DNA from: Mantamonas sphyraenae STR306
Lineage: Eukaryota; Protista; CRuMs
Direction of reading: 5' to 3'
Length of the DNA stretch: 64,000 bases
NCBI GenBank assembly: GCA_026936335.1
Contig: JAPMXV010000022.1
Span: 124,001-188,000 of the forward strand
The notes beneath the pieces were generated by a model, which was given only the letters and a program-made list of their open reading frames with translations, made no database searches and had not been told where the DNA came from. Each line of letters opens with the position of its first letter. Position 1 is the stretch's first letter. Positions 47,924 through 60,283 of the stretch are shown piece after piece. The translations under genes and the position numbers were made by a program.

Positions 47924-49090
47924 ATGCACGGCAGCGGGTTGGATGACGACGCGGCCTGGTTGCGAGACCATGCCTCTCTCGCCGACCCGCTTGTGGTCCA
48001 GAGCCTGCTGGAGGAACGTGAGAGCTCCTCCTCTTCCTCTTCCTCTTCCTCTTCCTCTTCCTCTTCCTCCTCCACGTCTCCTACACACATCGCCACTGAG
48101 GAGGTCGTTGAAGACATTTGCCGTGTCTGCCACGAGGGCGTACGTGTTCGCCGCGCCCCAGGTTCCCCTTGCTCCCCACTCCGTTTCTCCTTACTCACAC
48201 GTCTCACCCTCCACTCCCTCATTCCACGTCCAAATCATCTCTTTCCTCCCATCACTCACCGTCCCATGATCCCATGCAGCGCAACGCCGGCGAGTTGTTT
48301 CATCCTGTGTGTTTCCCACTTCTCCTTCCCCCACCCCCCGACGGCGGCCCGTCCCTCCCCCACACACTCTCTGACACGTCCACACCCGTCCACCCGTACT
48401 CGCTCGTTTCATTGTTGCAGTGCAATTGCAGCGGATCCATCAAATACGTCCACGCAGAGTGTCTGTCGTCGTGGCTTGAGCACAGCCGCAAACAGCCTCG
48501 CTGCGACATCTGCAACCGCGACTTTACCTTTCAAGACGTGTATGCAGACGGTGCGCCACAGCGCCTTCCCTGGGCCGAAGTGTTTGCCGGTGGCGTGCAG
48601 CGTGTGGGCTCTGCTGTGAGCACCCTGTTCAAGAGCATGGTCGTCTATGTGCTTTGGTTTGTGGCCATGCCCTACGCCACCGCCCTCTCTGCCCGTCTCT
48701 GCCTCCTTCAGTCGCACCAGGACATGTGGACGTTTGTCTTTCACAAGGGCAATTGGCACCTGATTGTCCTCGATCTGTTTCTCGGTTTCAACGTCTGCCT
48801 GGGCTTCATCGCCTGCGTTTGGGGGCTCTCTTCCCTCATCGAGTACCTTCACACACACGCCCAGATGCTTGCTATCCACGCAGAGGCCGGTTTGCCCCAG
48901 GAACTCGTGGCCGAGGAACTCATCCTTGACGGCACAGAGCCCCCCCCACGCGACGTTCAGGAATTGCTCGACGCCATCGCTCACCCACACAACGACCCGC
49001 TCTTCTTCCTCCTCAACGACCACCCGCACGCAAACAACAACAACGCTGCGGCAGACGTCGATGCCCACGTTGGTCCTGCACACCCCAATC

Positions 49091-49122
<32 letters not shown>

Positions 49123-51396
49123 CACGATGGCAACCAGCCAGCACAGGCAGTTGGAGCAAACGGCGGAGGAGATCAGGAATTGCCGCACCCGCCTCTTCAA
49201 GGCGACGGCGAGGAAGACGTGCGCGCCGCAGGCGGACAAGAGGTGCAACGGCCACAGGCACAGGTGGCTGAGGAGCGTGGTGCAAGACGACAAAGGCGAC
49301 CAGACAGGCCAAACAACTTGCGCGGGATCCTGGAGCTGGAGGGGCCCGTCAGCGAAACGGTGTTGAACATACTTGGGTTTTGGTTTGCCGAGTCGCTGGT
49401 GCTTGTGTTTGCCCTGCTGCTTCCGTTTACGCTTGGGCGCATCCTGCAGTTCCTGTTGGACGTGTACATGCCTCTGTCTCCCAGCGTGGCCATTGGCACC
49501 GCCCCTGTGCGTCTGCGCGACCACCCTGCACACCTGTTGTGGCTTGCTGGCTCCGTGCTCCTCTTTCTCCTGATTTCCCTCTGGCTCAGCGCACACCGCG
49601 CTCTGCGCACACGTTATGGATGGGCGGTGGACCACACCCAGCAAGCTGGTAGGCTATTGCGATTCACATACACTCTCCTGTACGTGCGCATTTTCATCAA
49701 GGCAGGCGTGGTGTTTGCCACCTCGCTGGTGCTGATCCCCTTGGCTGTGGGCTATGCCGTCACTCGCCTTGGGGCAGACCTGTTTCTCAAGGGCGGTTAC
49801 TACGGCATGGATCCAATTGTCTGGGACGCACCCGTCATCCTGGGCTTCCTGCAATGGGGCATGGGGTTTGTCTTTTTGTTCAGTTTTGTGCAGGTCATGC
49901 AGACGCTGCGTGCCATGCTGCGCAAGCCCGTGATGTGGTTTGTGCGCGATCCGGACGCCGGTGACAACATTGTGCGCGAGGCCCTCATGCTTCCCTTTAC
50001 ACGCCACCTGCGTCGCATTCTGTTTATGGCAGCGGCCTACACAGTGTCACTTGCCCTGACTCTGCACTACCCGATTGCTCTTTGGCGTGTTGCGCTGCCC
50101 GGGTTGATCCCCTTGCGCTTTCACAGCACCGCCCCGATGGACTTTATCCTGTGGGACCAGGTCACGCTGCAGCTCACCTACCACGTCGTTTCCTACTGTC
50201 TCCGTGGCATCAGTCTTTACAATGTCATCTACGCCTGGATGGACGCCATGGGAGAGACTCTGCGTTTGCGTTCCTTCCTGTTTGGCGGCCATCTGCACAA
50301 CGAGGAGTACGAGGACGAAGACCAACGCGAGCTGGAGGATGACAGCAGGAACGACGAATCACGGGAAGATGCAGCCGATCTGCTGGGTGTGGGTGTGGGT
50401 GTGGGTGTGGGTGCAGCTGCTGCAGAGGAGGAGCAGGAGGTGGATCCGGCGACGATTGACCCCACCCATGGAGACACGATTGTGATGGCAGAGGACGGGT
50501 GGGTGCGTTACCCCAACCTTTTTGTGCCGCGTGTGCTCCTCCTGCTTGTTGCCATGTATGTGACGTGGCTGACTGTGCAGAGTGTAGTGGTGATTGGCAG
50601 CGTGTTGCTGGGCCGCGGGGTGTTGGCCTACGTGCGTGACTCGTCGTACGATCTACAGGCTTTCCAGGTGGGCTTCGCCCTGCAGTGTCTCGTGTACAAA
50701 CTTCTGCAGGTGTTGTGGCCACGGGCCAACGAGAACCCGGACGGAACGGGTCGGGTTTCAACGTCGCACTCACTGGCAGCCTCTGCGTGGGAATGGTGCA
50801 CACGGGTCGTGCGTGAACTGACCCAATGGGTAGTTTTGGGAACCAAGTGGCTGGCGGTGGTGACTGTGTTCTACGGCATCCTGGCACCCACCCTCGGTGC
50901 GCTGATGTTGCTCGTGCAAGCTCCATTGCACTATCCCATCACAGAAACAGCCACACCCACAACCATGATGACACTTCGTTCCATCTGGTTCTTGGGCATC
51001 GTGGGTGTCCACATCTGGCTTCGCTGTACGCAGCTGTGGGCGAGGATGCCATTCCACCAACAAGTTGTTCGTGCTGCGCGCCACGACGCTCTGGACAATC
51101 CCAACCTGTACATACTGCTGGGCCAGGTGCTCCTTCCCGTCACTGCTGCGGCTCTGTTTTACCTCTGTGTGCCAATGGTGCTGGCGCACGTGGTACTGCC
51201 CGCTCTCGGAGCGTCACTGCTTCTGTGCGAGGCCGTGTACCGCTACGCATACGCCCTGGTGTTTGTCCTGGCTGCAACGGTGCTATTAACCACCACTCTC
51301 ATGCGTCAGTGGGCGTGGCTCCACGACGCCGTACGCGACGACAAGTACCTCAGCGGCAGGGCGCTCGTCAACCGTGTCGCAGCGCCGGGGAGGTAA
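47924..51396 (+). CDS. MARCHF6: ERAD E3 ubiquitin ligase MARCH6/Doa10 (~1,070 aa); exons 47924-48139, 48280-48306, 48421-51396
   Basis: Splicing restores the RING-CH domain CRVCHEG|RNAGELFHP|CNCSGSIKYVHAECLSSWL...CDIC. Many hydrophobic TM segments follow, then the TD-like LRK.VMWFVRDPD and the C-terminal element VRDDKYLSGRALVN. The start codon is uncertain (in-frame upstream ATGs at 47888 and 47829). Confidence 0.92.
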
Positions 51397-51530
51397 GAGG
51401 TGTGTGCCAACGTGTGTGACATCACATGTGTGATGTTGGATGTGTGAGTGTGAGTGTGGGAATTGATGAACGAATGGGTTGAGCTGCACACGATGATGAA
51501 CAAGCTTGGTGGATGTGTCTCTGTGGCGTT

Positions 51531-52607
51531 TCATTTGGTGTAGCAGTAGTATGTGTCGAGGTTGCCGACCATATCGGTGAGGTTGTGCAGAAGGGTGCCG
51601 ACAATGGGCAAGGCAGAGCCGAGGTCGAGCAATGCCTTTGCCGGTCTGCTGGTGGCATTGTGCATGGGTGGCCGCACGAGGTAAAACAACCAAAAGAACA
51701 TGCGCAGACGTAGTTCCTGGGTCTCTTCGTCGGACAGGTGGTCACCGGTGCCCGTGCACAGGCGGCTGCCAACGTCGAGTACCAACGACGTGACCCATGG
51801 CGTCCATGCGTTCTTGCGACATACAGCCACGGCGGTCAGATGGACCAAAGGGCGCAGTATGTACAGGACTTCACCCAGCACCTGCGTCTGCCTGGTCTGG
51901 TTGGTCAGGAACCGCTGAGAAAGTTCGAGCAAACCCGACCGTGCCTCCGTCTTTGCTTTCTGCGCCTCCTGCATGCGTGCTTGCATGCGAGAGCCCACCA
52001 TGGGTTGCACATCGCCCATCTTCGAAGCCACCGACGCGTTCACATTGGCCATGGCAGCCTCCATGTCCTCCATCTGCTGCTGTTTGCGGGAACGCTCGTG
52101 CTCCGCAGCGCCGAGTCGTCGCAGGGGCGGATACGTGGCGTGCATGAAAAGGGTGGGTCGCATGGTGGATGCCACCTGCTGCTTGCTCTGCTGCTGTTCC
52201 CGGTGCGACAGCAGGAGCAACTTGAGCGAGACCTGAGCGGCCTCGGTGAGGATGGCCACCAGGAGTTGGAGCGAGGGGCCGCCGAGGCGACGGGCGAGCA
52301 GTTCCAGAAGCAGCTCGGAGTTGGTCAGCGCCGTGAGGGCGGTACGGTATTCCCACTGCTCATGGTACTGTTCCGGAATGGCAATGCCTCGTTCGCGTGC
52401 CTGGAGGGGATTGAGCAGAAAGACGAGATCGTGAGCCTGTCCCAACAGCGCCAGGGCGGTGTACACCGCCTCTGTGGCGAGCTGGGACTCGCGAAAGCGG
52501 CCGGGCACAAACATAATCACCTGACGCAGCAGGGCCTCTGCGTTTGCCACCTTGTCGGCGTTGTCCAGCACCCACTGGCTGTACGAGTCGCTGGAACGGG
52601 TGCTCAT
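51531..52607 (-). CDS. PEX16: Peroxisomal membrane biogenesis factor PEX16 (358 aa, intronless)
   Basis: Y..WV..N...V...E..LR, PGRF..S.L..EAVY, GEVLYILRPLVH, W.PW..SL..D, E..EL..R, and YLVRPP motifs. Confidence 0.93.
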   Translation of the reverse strand: MSTRSSDSYSQWVLDNADKVANAEALLRQVIMFVPGRFRESQLATEAVYTALALLGQAHDLVFLLNPLQARERGIAIPEQYHEQWEYRTALTALTNSELLLELLARRLGGPSLQLLVAILTEAAQVSLKLLLLSHREQQQSKQQVASTMRPTLFMHATYPPLRRLGAAEHERSRKQQQMEDMEAAMANVNASVASKMGDVQPMVGSRMQARMQEAQKAKTEARSGLLELSQRFLTNQTRQTQVLGEVLYILRPLVHLTAVAVCRKNAWTPWVTSLVLDVGSRLCTGTGDHLSDEETQELRLRMFFWLFYLVRPPMHNATSRPAKALLDLGSALPIVGTLLHNLTDMVGNLDTYYCYTK

Positions 52608-52687
52608 CGTGGTGGCGGCCTCGACGCGGCTGCAACCACAGCAAACAAGGCGGCGGTGGTTCTCTGGGGTTGTAGTATCGTGTGGTG
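52608..52687. promoter_or_regulatory. Putative bidirectional promoter/5'UTR region (80 bp)
   Basis: Lies between the divergent ATGs of PEX16 (52607) and the ZFC3H1-like gene (52688); geometry only. Confidence 0.45.
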
Positions 52688-54425
52688 ATGAAGCTACCCA
52701 AATCGGCCAAGTTGAAAAAGGGCCAAAAGGTAAAGGTGGAGGTGCAGGACGAGGAGGGACGCAAGGTGAGCGATGAGGCGCTGGCGGAGTTGATCACACG
52801 CGTCGGTGGACAGGGCAAGTGGGACGAGTTGACCAAAAAGATGCATCGGGTGCATGTGCTGGACCGACGCACCGAAGTAAATGACCGTGCCAAGCTGGTG
52901 GGCCAGATGCTGGCACTGGACGAGGACGGCGAAGGAGTGGAAGGCGGAGGCAGAGGCGACGGCAACAACAGCCGTCCAACACGCAACCAGATGCGAATGA
53001 CAAAGAAAAAGGTTGGTGCAGGTGGCAAAGAGGATACGCGGAGTGGGTTGCAACGAGCGGTGGACAAGTATAACAAGAAGATTGGCCAGGTGTACCACAA
53101 CAGGGAGGCGCTTGCAAAACTGCTGGCCACTCACCGACTGCGCTGGACCATGCCTCCGCCACCCATGGATTACGGCGAGCTGGTGTCCATGAAGCGACCC
53201 GCCCAAATGGCCCTGGTGGCACAGAAACGATTTCATCCGGGGCCCATGCCGCCCCTGGTGGTGGCCGACGGCTTGGGCAGCGGAGGCGAGAGCAGCAGCA
53301 GCACGAATGCGGCCACCAAGGACGGCGACGACGCGCAAGGGAGGGAACAGGAGGGAGAAGACAGCGCAATGGGTGCATACAAGGCCAAGGGGCACGAGGG
53401 GCAGAAGGAAGAGGAGCAACAGGGTGTGAATGCAACGCAGGGGCCAGAGGAAGAATCAAGGAGGCAGCGGGAGGCGGAAGTTCAGCGCCAAACGCAAGAG
53501 GCACTGCGTGCCGCTCAGGAGAGGCTACTGCAGAAGTGGCAGAGTGGTGGGACGAGTGCCGGTATGACTGCTGCTGGTAGTGTGCCGACGGTGCATGACA
53601 TGGACATGTCTGTGCCATGGTCGGGGTATGGGATGGGGATGGGCGCGGGCGGATTGTGGCCTGCCGCGATGTTGCATGGGATGCAACATGGATCACCACA
53701 GCGGGTGGGTGCAGGGAGGACGAGTGGAGGGTTGTTCAAGGGTACCCTGGGTGGTGGTGGTGGTGGTGGTTTGATGCCCATGCCAAGCGAGGAGGAAATG
53801 GGACAGAGGCGGATGCGGCAGGCGCAGGAGCTTGCAACGGCCAAATCGCCAAGCAAGAGGAATCGGAACAGGGGTACAAACAAGGGTGGAGTACACGTGA
53901 CAAGCACAGAGGGACAGGGTGAGATGGAGGTTGATGGGAACCGCGGCGGCGGAGGAGGAGACGATGGTGGGAACAACAACAGCAGCAACATGGCAGAGCA
54001 TGCACAGCGCGTGGCAGACGAGTTTCTTGCCGAGCTGAATCGATTGACGGATGTGAGCAGTCGCATGCAGGAGAAGCTGGCACAAAGTGAACAGGAGGAG
54101 GGCCGTGTTGATGGAACTGAGGAAACCGGGGTGGTGGGGCTGAAGAGCCGCCGAGCAAGTGATCCGCGGTATGTGGTGACGCTTGACGACGACAGTGAGA
54201 GCGAGAGCGAGAGTGAGAGCGACCCTGAAGAGGGAGAGGACGGGGAAACGGAACGACAGCGAAGAATGGCGGTGGCAGCGGCAGCGGCGGCGGCTCGGGC
54301 CAAGGCCAAACGGGAGGAGAAACGACGCATGGAAAAAAAGGCGTTGCTGGAGATGCAACGGACACTGGAGGCGACCATCCGCGTTCAGAAGGAGAAGCTG
54401 CAAAAGACAACAACAACGGGCAGCG

Positions 54426-54462
<37 letters not shown>

Positions 54463-57400
54463 CCGCCACAGGGAGAAGCGTAAGATGGATGATGCGATGA
54501 AAGAGGAGGTTGGAATTAACGACGGAAGGGACAGGGGACACAAATGAGAGTGAAAGGGGACGGGCTGTGGATGGCATGGCGGGCGTCGAGGGAACAGCGG
54601 AACAGCGCAACAGCAGCAACAGCAGCAGCAGCAGCAGCCCGCACACAAACGACAGCGTGTGGGACGTGTCGTGGCAGAGAACAAACCCGGGTCGAAACAG
54701 GCGGCGCGAGAACAGGCGAACAAGGGTGGGTCGAGCAAAACGCTGGGCATCGGGGCAGCAAACCGGCAGTTTCTGCGTGCGTGGACGCAGCTGCAGGAAA
54801 AGGTGGCGGACAACGCACGCACACAACGGCTGGTCAAGCAAAAGATGGAAAAGCTGGCCAGGGAACAGGAAAAGATGCAGGAGATGCTCATGCGTGCGAA
54901 GGAGGAGGAGAAGAAGCTGATGCGAGCCATGATCCATCTCAAACGGCCGACTGTGGGGCGAGACGAAGGTGCAAGGACAACGGCTGACAACACAGCATCA
55001 CACCAACATACACCGGAGTCACATATGCATGTGGAGGACAGTGTGTCTGGAGCAGCAGGGTCTGGAACAGGTTCAGTGATGGATGTGGAGGAAGGAGGAA
55101 GACAAGATGGGGCTGGGGGTGGCGTACGTGGACACCGTGGAAGGCACAGACTGGAAGAGGTGGTTGGAGCCCATCAGCAGGTGTTGCTGCAGTTCCGCTC
55201 GTACCGTCTGAGCCCGCTGTTTGTTGAGCGCTGGGGCTGTGGGTTTGAGGAGGAGCGATTCAGCAGCAAGATCGACATCATGAGACCGCTGTGTCCGTAT
55301 GAGCTAGCAGGGGTGTGCAACGATCGTGCGTGTGGCTATCAACACGCGGCAGACATGCGCATGAGCACAGCGGAGGTGGTGCGCGATCTGGTGGACTACG
55401 TGCCTGCGGAGCAGCGCGATGCCCTTCTTGCCCAACTGGGTGGTGCCACCAAGGTGTCGCCGGCCACAGCTGCTCGGCACGTGGCATCGATCCTGTCGCC
55501 GCATGGCATGCAGCACGTGAACTGGGCCAAGTGCAAGGACAAGGCGTATGCATACGGCATGCAGGGAGCGGCGGCGGCAGCAGCGGCAGCGGCAAAGGAC
55601 AATGTCAATAGCACGCGTGTGGTGTCACTGCGAGGTGACATTGAACGGCGGCACCTGCATGAGCAGGAGCAGGAGCAGAGTAGGACGGGAGGCCCCGTAC
55701 GCCTGAGTGTGGCACCTGTGGCTCGTGCGCTGGAGACGTTGGATTCAATGGAGGGAGACGGCACGGTGGGTGCTGGTGTTGGTGCTGGTGTTGGTGCTGG
55801 TGCTGGTGCAGCTCCATGGGGCGAGGACGCGTTTGTGCTGTTGGATCGGGGATCGGAGAGTGTGAACGACGACGACAACGGCGGCAACAACGACAACGCG
55901 GGTCATGGCAGCGGTGATGATGGTGATGCGTTGGATGAGACGCAGGAGCACATGCGATACTTTGATCTGGGCAAGAGTGTGCAGCAGTACACGGAGGAAC
56001 TGGAGGAGGAGCCGTACAACGTGGCATTGTGGTTGGAGTATGCAGCGCAGTATGTGGTGGCCACGGGGACGGGGCGACACGCAGAGGCCGGGTTTGTACG
56101 ATCGGACGCACGTGCGGCACACGTGCTGAGCCTTGCGCTGGAAGCCAACCCGGAAAACGAATCATTGTGGCTGGTGTACCTACAGATGGTGAGCCGCATG
56201 GCCAGCACAGAGGTGCTGTTGGACGTGCTGCAGGATGCGTTGGACATGCTGCCTGTGTCGGTGGCGGTGTTGCAGTTGGCGGTGGATGTGGAGCCCAGCG
56301 TGGATGGCAAGCTGGCCCTGCTGCGCAAGCGACGTCACACTCACCAACTCCTCATCAACAATGCACCGGTTTACTGGGCATGGAGTGTGGCCATGGAAGC
56401 GTGGGTGGTGTGCATGCTGGCGGGTCAGGTGGACGATGCCATCGATGTGTTGCAGCAGGCGCTGGACGAGGCAGCGGACCAACTGCAGCTTGGACGCGCA
56501 GAAGAGCAGCAGCAGCAGCGACAACAGGCTCTTCAAGTGGAGGCAGCACAGCAGACAGCTTGGCTTTGGGCGACCATGGTGTGCGTTGTGGCGCACGGGA
56601 CGATGCCACGGCAGCTGGTGCTGTACGAGGAGGAAACTCGGGGGCACGTCGACGTGGAGGTGGATTGGGACAGAGTGATGCAAAGGGGCGTGGGCGACGC
56701 AGTGATGTCGGTGTTGAACCAGGCCATGGGGTTGTTGCAGACGTGTGGCGTGTCACCCAACCACACGGTGCACCTGTGGTTGGCACACCAGCGTGTGATG
56801 TTGCGCATGCATCAGGGCCACATGGACAGTGCTGTGGCCCTGTGCAAGGAGCACGACGCACCGGAGGCTGCCCTGTGGCTGCACGAGGTCGCATGGCAGA
56901 TGGGCCAGCACGAGATGGCCGAACAAGCGGTTCAGGCAGTGATTGATGCAAAGCAAGCACGCAAGGAATCGCCATGGAGATGGGTGTATGCACACACACG
57001 GGCAGTGGTGGAGGCTCAGCGCCAGTCATCCGCTGTGGCCTCGTTGCTGATGGAAATGGACGCCGAGGGGAGGGACCATCTTCAGGACGAGAGGCAAACG
57101 TCGCAACGAGTGCAACAGATGAAAGCACAGTCATTGGAGCTGCAGAACGACGACGAGGGTGAGAAGGAGGATGATTCGGAGCTCGTGGCACTGTTTGTAG
57201 CCACTGCCGGCTCGGAAATCCTACGCTGGTGTGGCAAGCCTGCGCATGCACGCAGCATGCGACGACTGAACACGGCCAGCAGCAACAGCAGCAGTGGGTA
57301 TGGTACTTTGGGCGGCGATGGGAGTGAAGAAGGACGAGGAGGAGGAGGAGGAGGAACACGACGGAGTGTGAGGTTGCATCTGCAGTGGACGCAACACTGC

Positions 57401-58356
57401 TTGTGTCATCTGTTGGGATTGCCATCGCGTGGTAGCACGCCCCAGTTGGATGCAGGGGTGTCGCGGTGCAACGATCCGGCGCTGTGGCAGCTGTATCTGC
57501 TGTTGGGCAGCCTCGTGGAGCGAAGGCGAGGCGCAGCAGACACACGACGACGCATGTTCCAGCAGGCCATGAGTGCAATGACGGTGTGGCCATTGGAAGA
57601 GGGCCTGTGGGTGCGTGAGGCCATGCGTGCAGTTTGGCGCGAGTATGTGGAGGCAGACGAGGACACAGAGCGTGCGTTGAATGCCTGCATGACCCAAATG
57701 GGCCTGTGTAGCAACCAAAGCGCACGATCGCACGCATACCTGTGTGTGACGCGTGCACAAATGCAGGCAGAGGCTGCGTCGGTGCTAATCATGGCCAATG
57801 CAGAGCGGGCGTGGGAGAGGCATGTGTTGTACCGCAACTGGGCTGTGCATCGCGAGTGGAGCGATGAGGTGCAGGCGGAATTGATGAGTCTGCACGTTCA
57901 CAGGGTACTCCAACACAGGCAGCATCGTCTCATGCTCGATGCTCTTCAACACAACATCCACAACGTGCCTCTGGCCTTGGCGTGCGTCGAGCGCGAACTG
58001 CAGCAGGGTCAACCCCTTGCCGCTCGTCAAATGCTGTTTGTGGCGTTGCGCAACAATCCGCACACGGTGGAGCTGTGGTCGAGGTGGGTGTGACGTAGAG
58101 AGCGGGGAAGGGGGTGGGGTGGCACGCTGTGCATGTGTGTGGTGGTCGTGTGTGTGTGTTGTTGTGTGTGTGTGTGTGTGTGCCTGGATGGCTGACACCA
58201 GATGTGCGTTCTTGTTGTGTGTTTCTGTGCAGTGCGTTGGATGCTGTGCATGAGGACCCTGAGCAGGTGAGGGTGTTGAAAGAAGCAGCCACTCGCGTGT
58301 TGCCTGAATTGGAGTGGGACGACGATGACGTGCGGGAGGTTGATGTGCATGCGTGA
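52688..58356 (+). CDS. ZFC3H1: ZFC3H1/Red1-like zf-C3H1 + HAT/TPR protein, PAXT/MTREC exosome-adaptor-like (~1,800 aa); exons 52688-54479, 54606-58083, 58233-58356
   Basis: FRSYRLSP...SSKID..RPLCPYELAGVCND.ACGYQH zinc finger and HAT-like P.NVALWLEYA / LSLALEANPENESLWLVYL. ORFs 52682 and 54659 share a frame and are joined by a proposed intron 54480-54605 (GTAAGA...CAG, boundaries uncertain). The last intron is 58084-58232 (GTGGGT, GCTGAC, TGCAG). Confidence 0.78.
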
Positions 58357-58406
58357 GTAAGAGGAGTGAGTGAGTGAGTGCTGTGACGGAGTGTGTGTGA
58401 GAAGGA

Positions 58407-60174
58407 TCAAAGACCTGCATTGAATTCTGCAAGTGCTGCATCCAGGTCCACCTCTCCCTCGTCCCCTGTCTTGCTGCGCTTGCTGTCGTGCTCATCCGTG
58501 CTCGAGGTGGTGGTGGTGGACGATGCAGTGGCCTTGCGTTTCCTCAATGAAGCGGGAACCATTGCAGCCATGGATGCAGGCAGCTTGACACGTCCTTTCT
58601 CCTTGGGAGGTGGTCGTTGTTGAACTTGAGCCTGAGCCTGAGTCTGTGGGACCTGCATCTGTTCCAGTGTTTTCTGTGGCACCACTGCCTGCTCTTGATC
58701 TTGAACCTGTTCCCTCCTTGCTTGCTCTGCTTTGACGCTGTTGTACACTTCCAACATGGGGTCCTGCTGGTTGTTGTCGTGCTTGCCCGCATATTGTCTG
58801 CGAAGCCGCTCTTGCATCCTCTGTTTCGCCACCATGGCCTGTTGCTGCTTCTGCTGTTGTTGCATGCGCATCTGCATAGCGTACTGCTGGTGCTGCATTT
58901 GTTGTTGTGCCTGTTGCTGTTGCCTCATCATCATCATTTGCTGTTGCTGTGGCGTTGGCATCATCATCTGCATCTGCATCTGCTGTGCCGTCTGTGGCTG
59001 TGGTGCCTGTGGGTGTACCTGTGGCTGTGATCGCGTGGGTGGCTTCCCGTTCCCCTGCAACATTTTCAACCGCGCCAACACGTCCTCGTCAAGCTCCTCA
59101 TCCTCGTCCTCGGCCCCAGAGTTGTGTTTCCGTGTGCTTTGCTGCTCAGCCTTCTGCTGTCCTTCGTCTTGCTCATCCATATCCATGTCAAACTCGAATT
59201 CGAGGTCGTCCGCCGTGTCCTCCTCCTCCCCTGCCTCGACCTGTTTGGGCACAAAGAACAACACTGCCTCATGAGGCGGCTCCCCCTCTGGCAGAGGCGG
59301 TGCCTCACCAGCCTGTCTGCAGAAAGGCGGTGCTGCACTGGGCATCACCACAGGCTTTACCTCCTCGGCAACCGCCTGCTTCGCCCTCCGCTGTTTCTCC
59401 ACAGGAGGCTTATTCTGTGTCGTCGTACCCATTGCTTCGTCACTCTTCTGCTGTCGACTCTCTGCTTCTGCAGCCATTTGTGACTTGAGAATGAGCCGTT
59501 GGCCAGGGGGCGGGGCGCCCAGTGGGTTGAACAGTGGGTGGAAGAAGATCGAGTCTTCCGGTTCGTAATCCAGATCCTCACGCGTCTGGACCTTGGTCAT
59601 ATGTGCTCTGGTGTGTGTGTGGGCGTTGTGTGTATGCCCGGTGATTTGGGTGTCAGTGCACCTGCTCAGCTGGGTGGGGTTGAACGCACAACTCACTTGC
59701 TGGTGCTTCCCTGTGGCTGCGAGCTGTCCTCCTCCTCCTCGTCCTGTGTGTGTGTGTGTGAATGACCACGCAACCAACAATGACTCCGTGCATGCAACCG
59801 TTGCGCACTCACCATGCCCAGTTCCTTCCGCTTGGCCTCCACTTTGGGCAGCATCTCTTCCAACTCCCTCAGCTTGCTCTGTGTCACCTTGTCACCCGGG
59901 TTGCGCTTGACTGGCTCACACAAGAGTCACGTGGGTGCGTGTATGTGTTAGCACCCCCTTCCCCCTTTGCTTTGCTCCCATGCATGCGGTTAGCGGCCGT
60001 ATGCACACAAAACAACAATCACTCACCGAGGGTCTTTAGGTGAGCGATCTCCGCTCGCATCTCCTTCGGATTCCGCCTTGCCAAGGCAAGCTCCCGCTGT
60101 CTCTTCCTATCTTCTGCATTCTTCTTAGCCTGCTTCTTCTTCTGCTGGCGATGATACGCCTGCACGCTGCTCAT
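58407..60174 (-). CDS. WBP11: WW-domain-binding protein 11 / Saf1-like splicing factor (497 aa); exons 60174-60027, 59910-59813, 59743-59697, 59607-58407
   Basis: N-terminal AYHRQQKKKQAKKN..DRK..R...L.RRNP helix, SIFFHPLFNPLGAPPPG motif and C-terminal AMVPASLR...D.DAALAEF. Three GTGAGT...CAG introns give 1,494 nt in frame. Confidence 0.8.
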
Positions 60175-60239
60175 GCCCACCCAACACGATTTGCCTTGGA
60201 TGAGCCAGCGAACGTACACCTCGCCTTTCGACCAACCCA

Positions 60240-60283
<44 letters not shown>

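Noticed and set aside
54545-54553. TGA readthrough or a non-standard genetic code joining the same-frame ORFs 52682 and 54659
   Set aside because: A GTAAGA...CAG intron (54480-54605) removes both stops in frame, and conserved genes here end normally at TGA, TAA or TAG.
34957-60174. Functional cluster of transcription/RNA-processing genes (MED7, Elongin A, ZFC3H1, WBP11)
   Set aside because: They are interspersed with unrelated genes in mixed orientation, which chance explains in a gene-dense genome.
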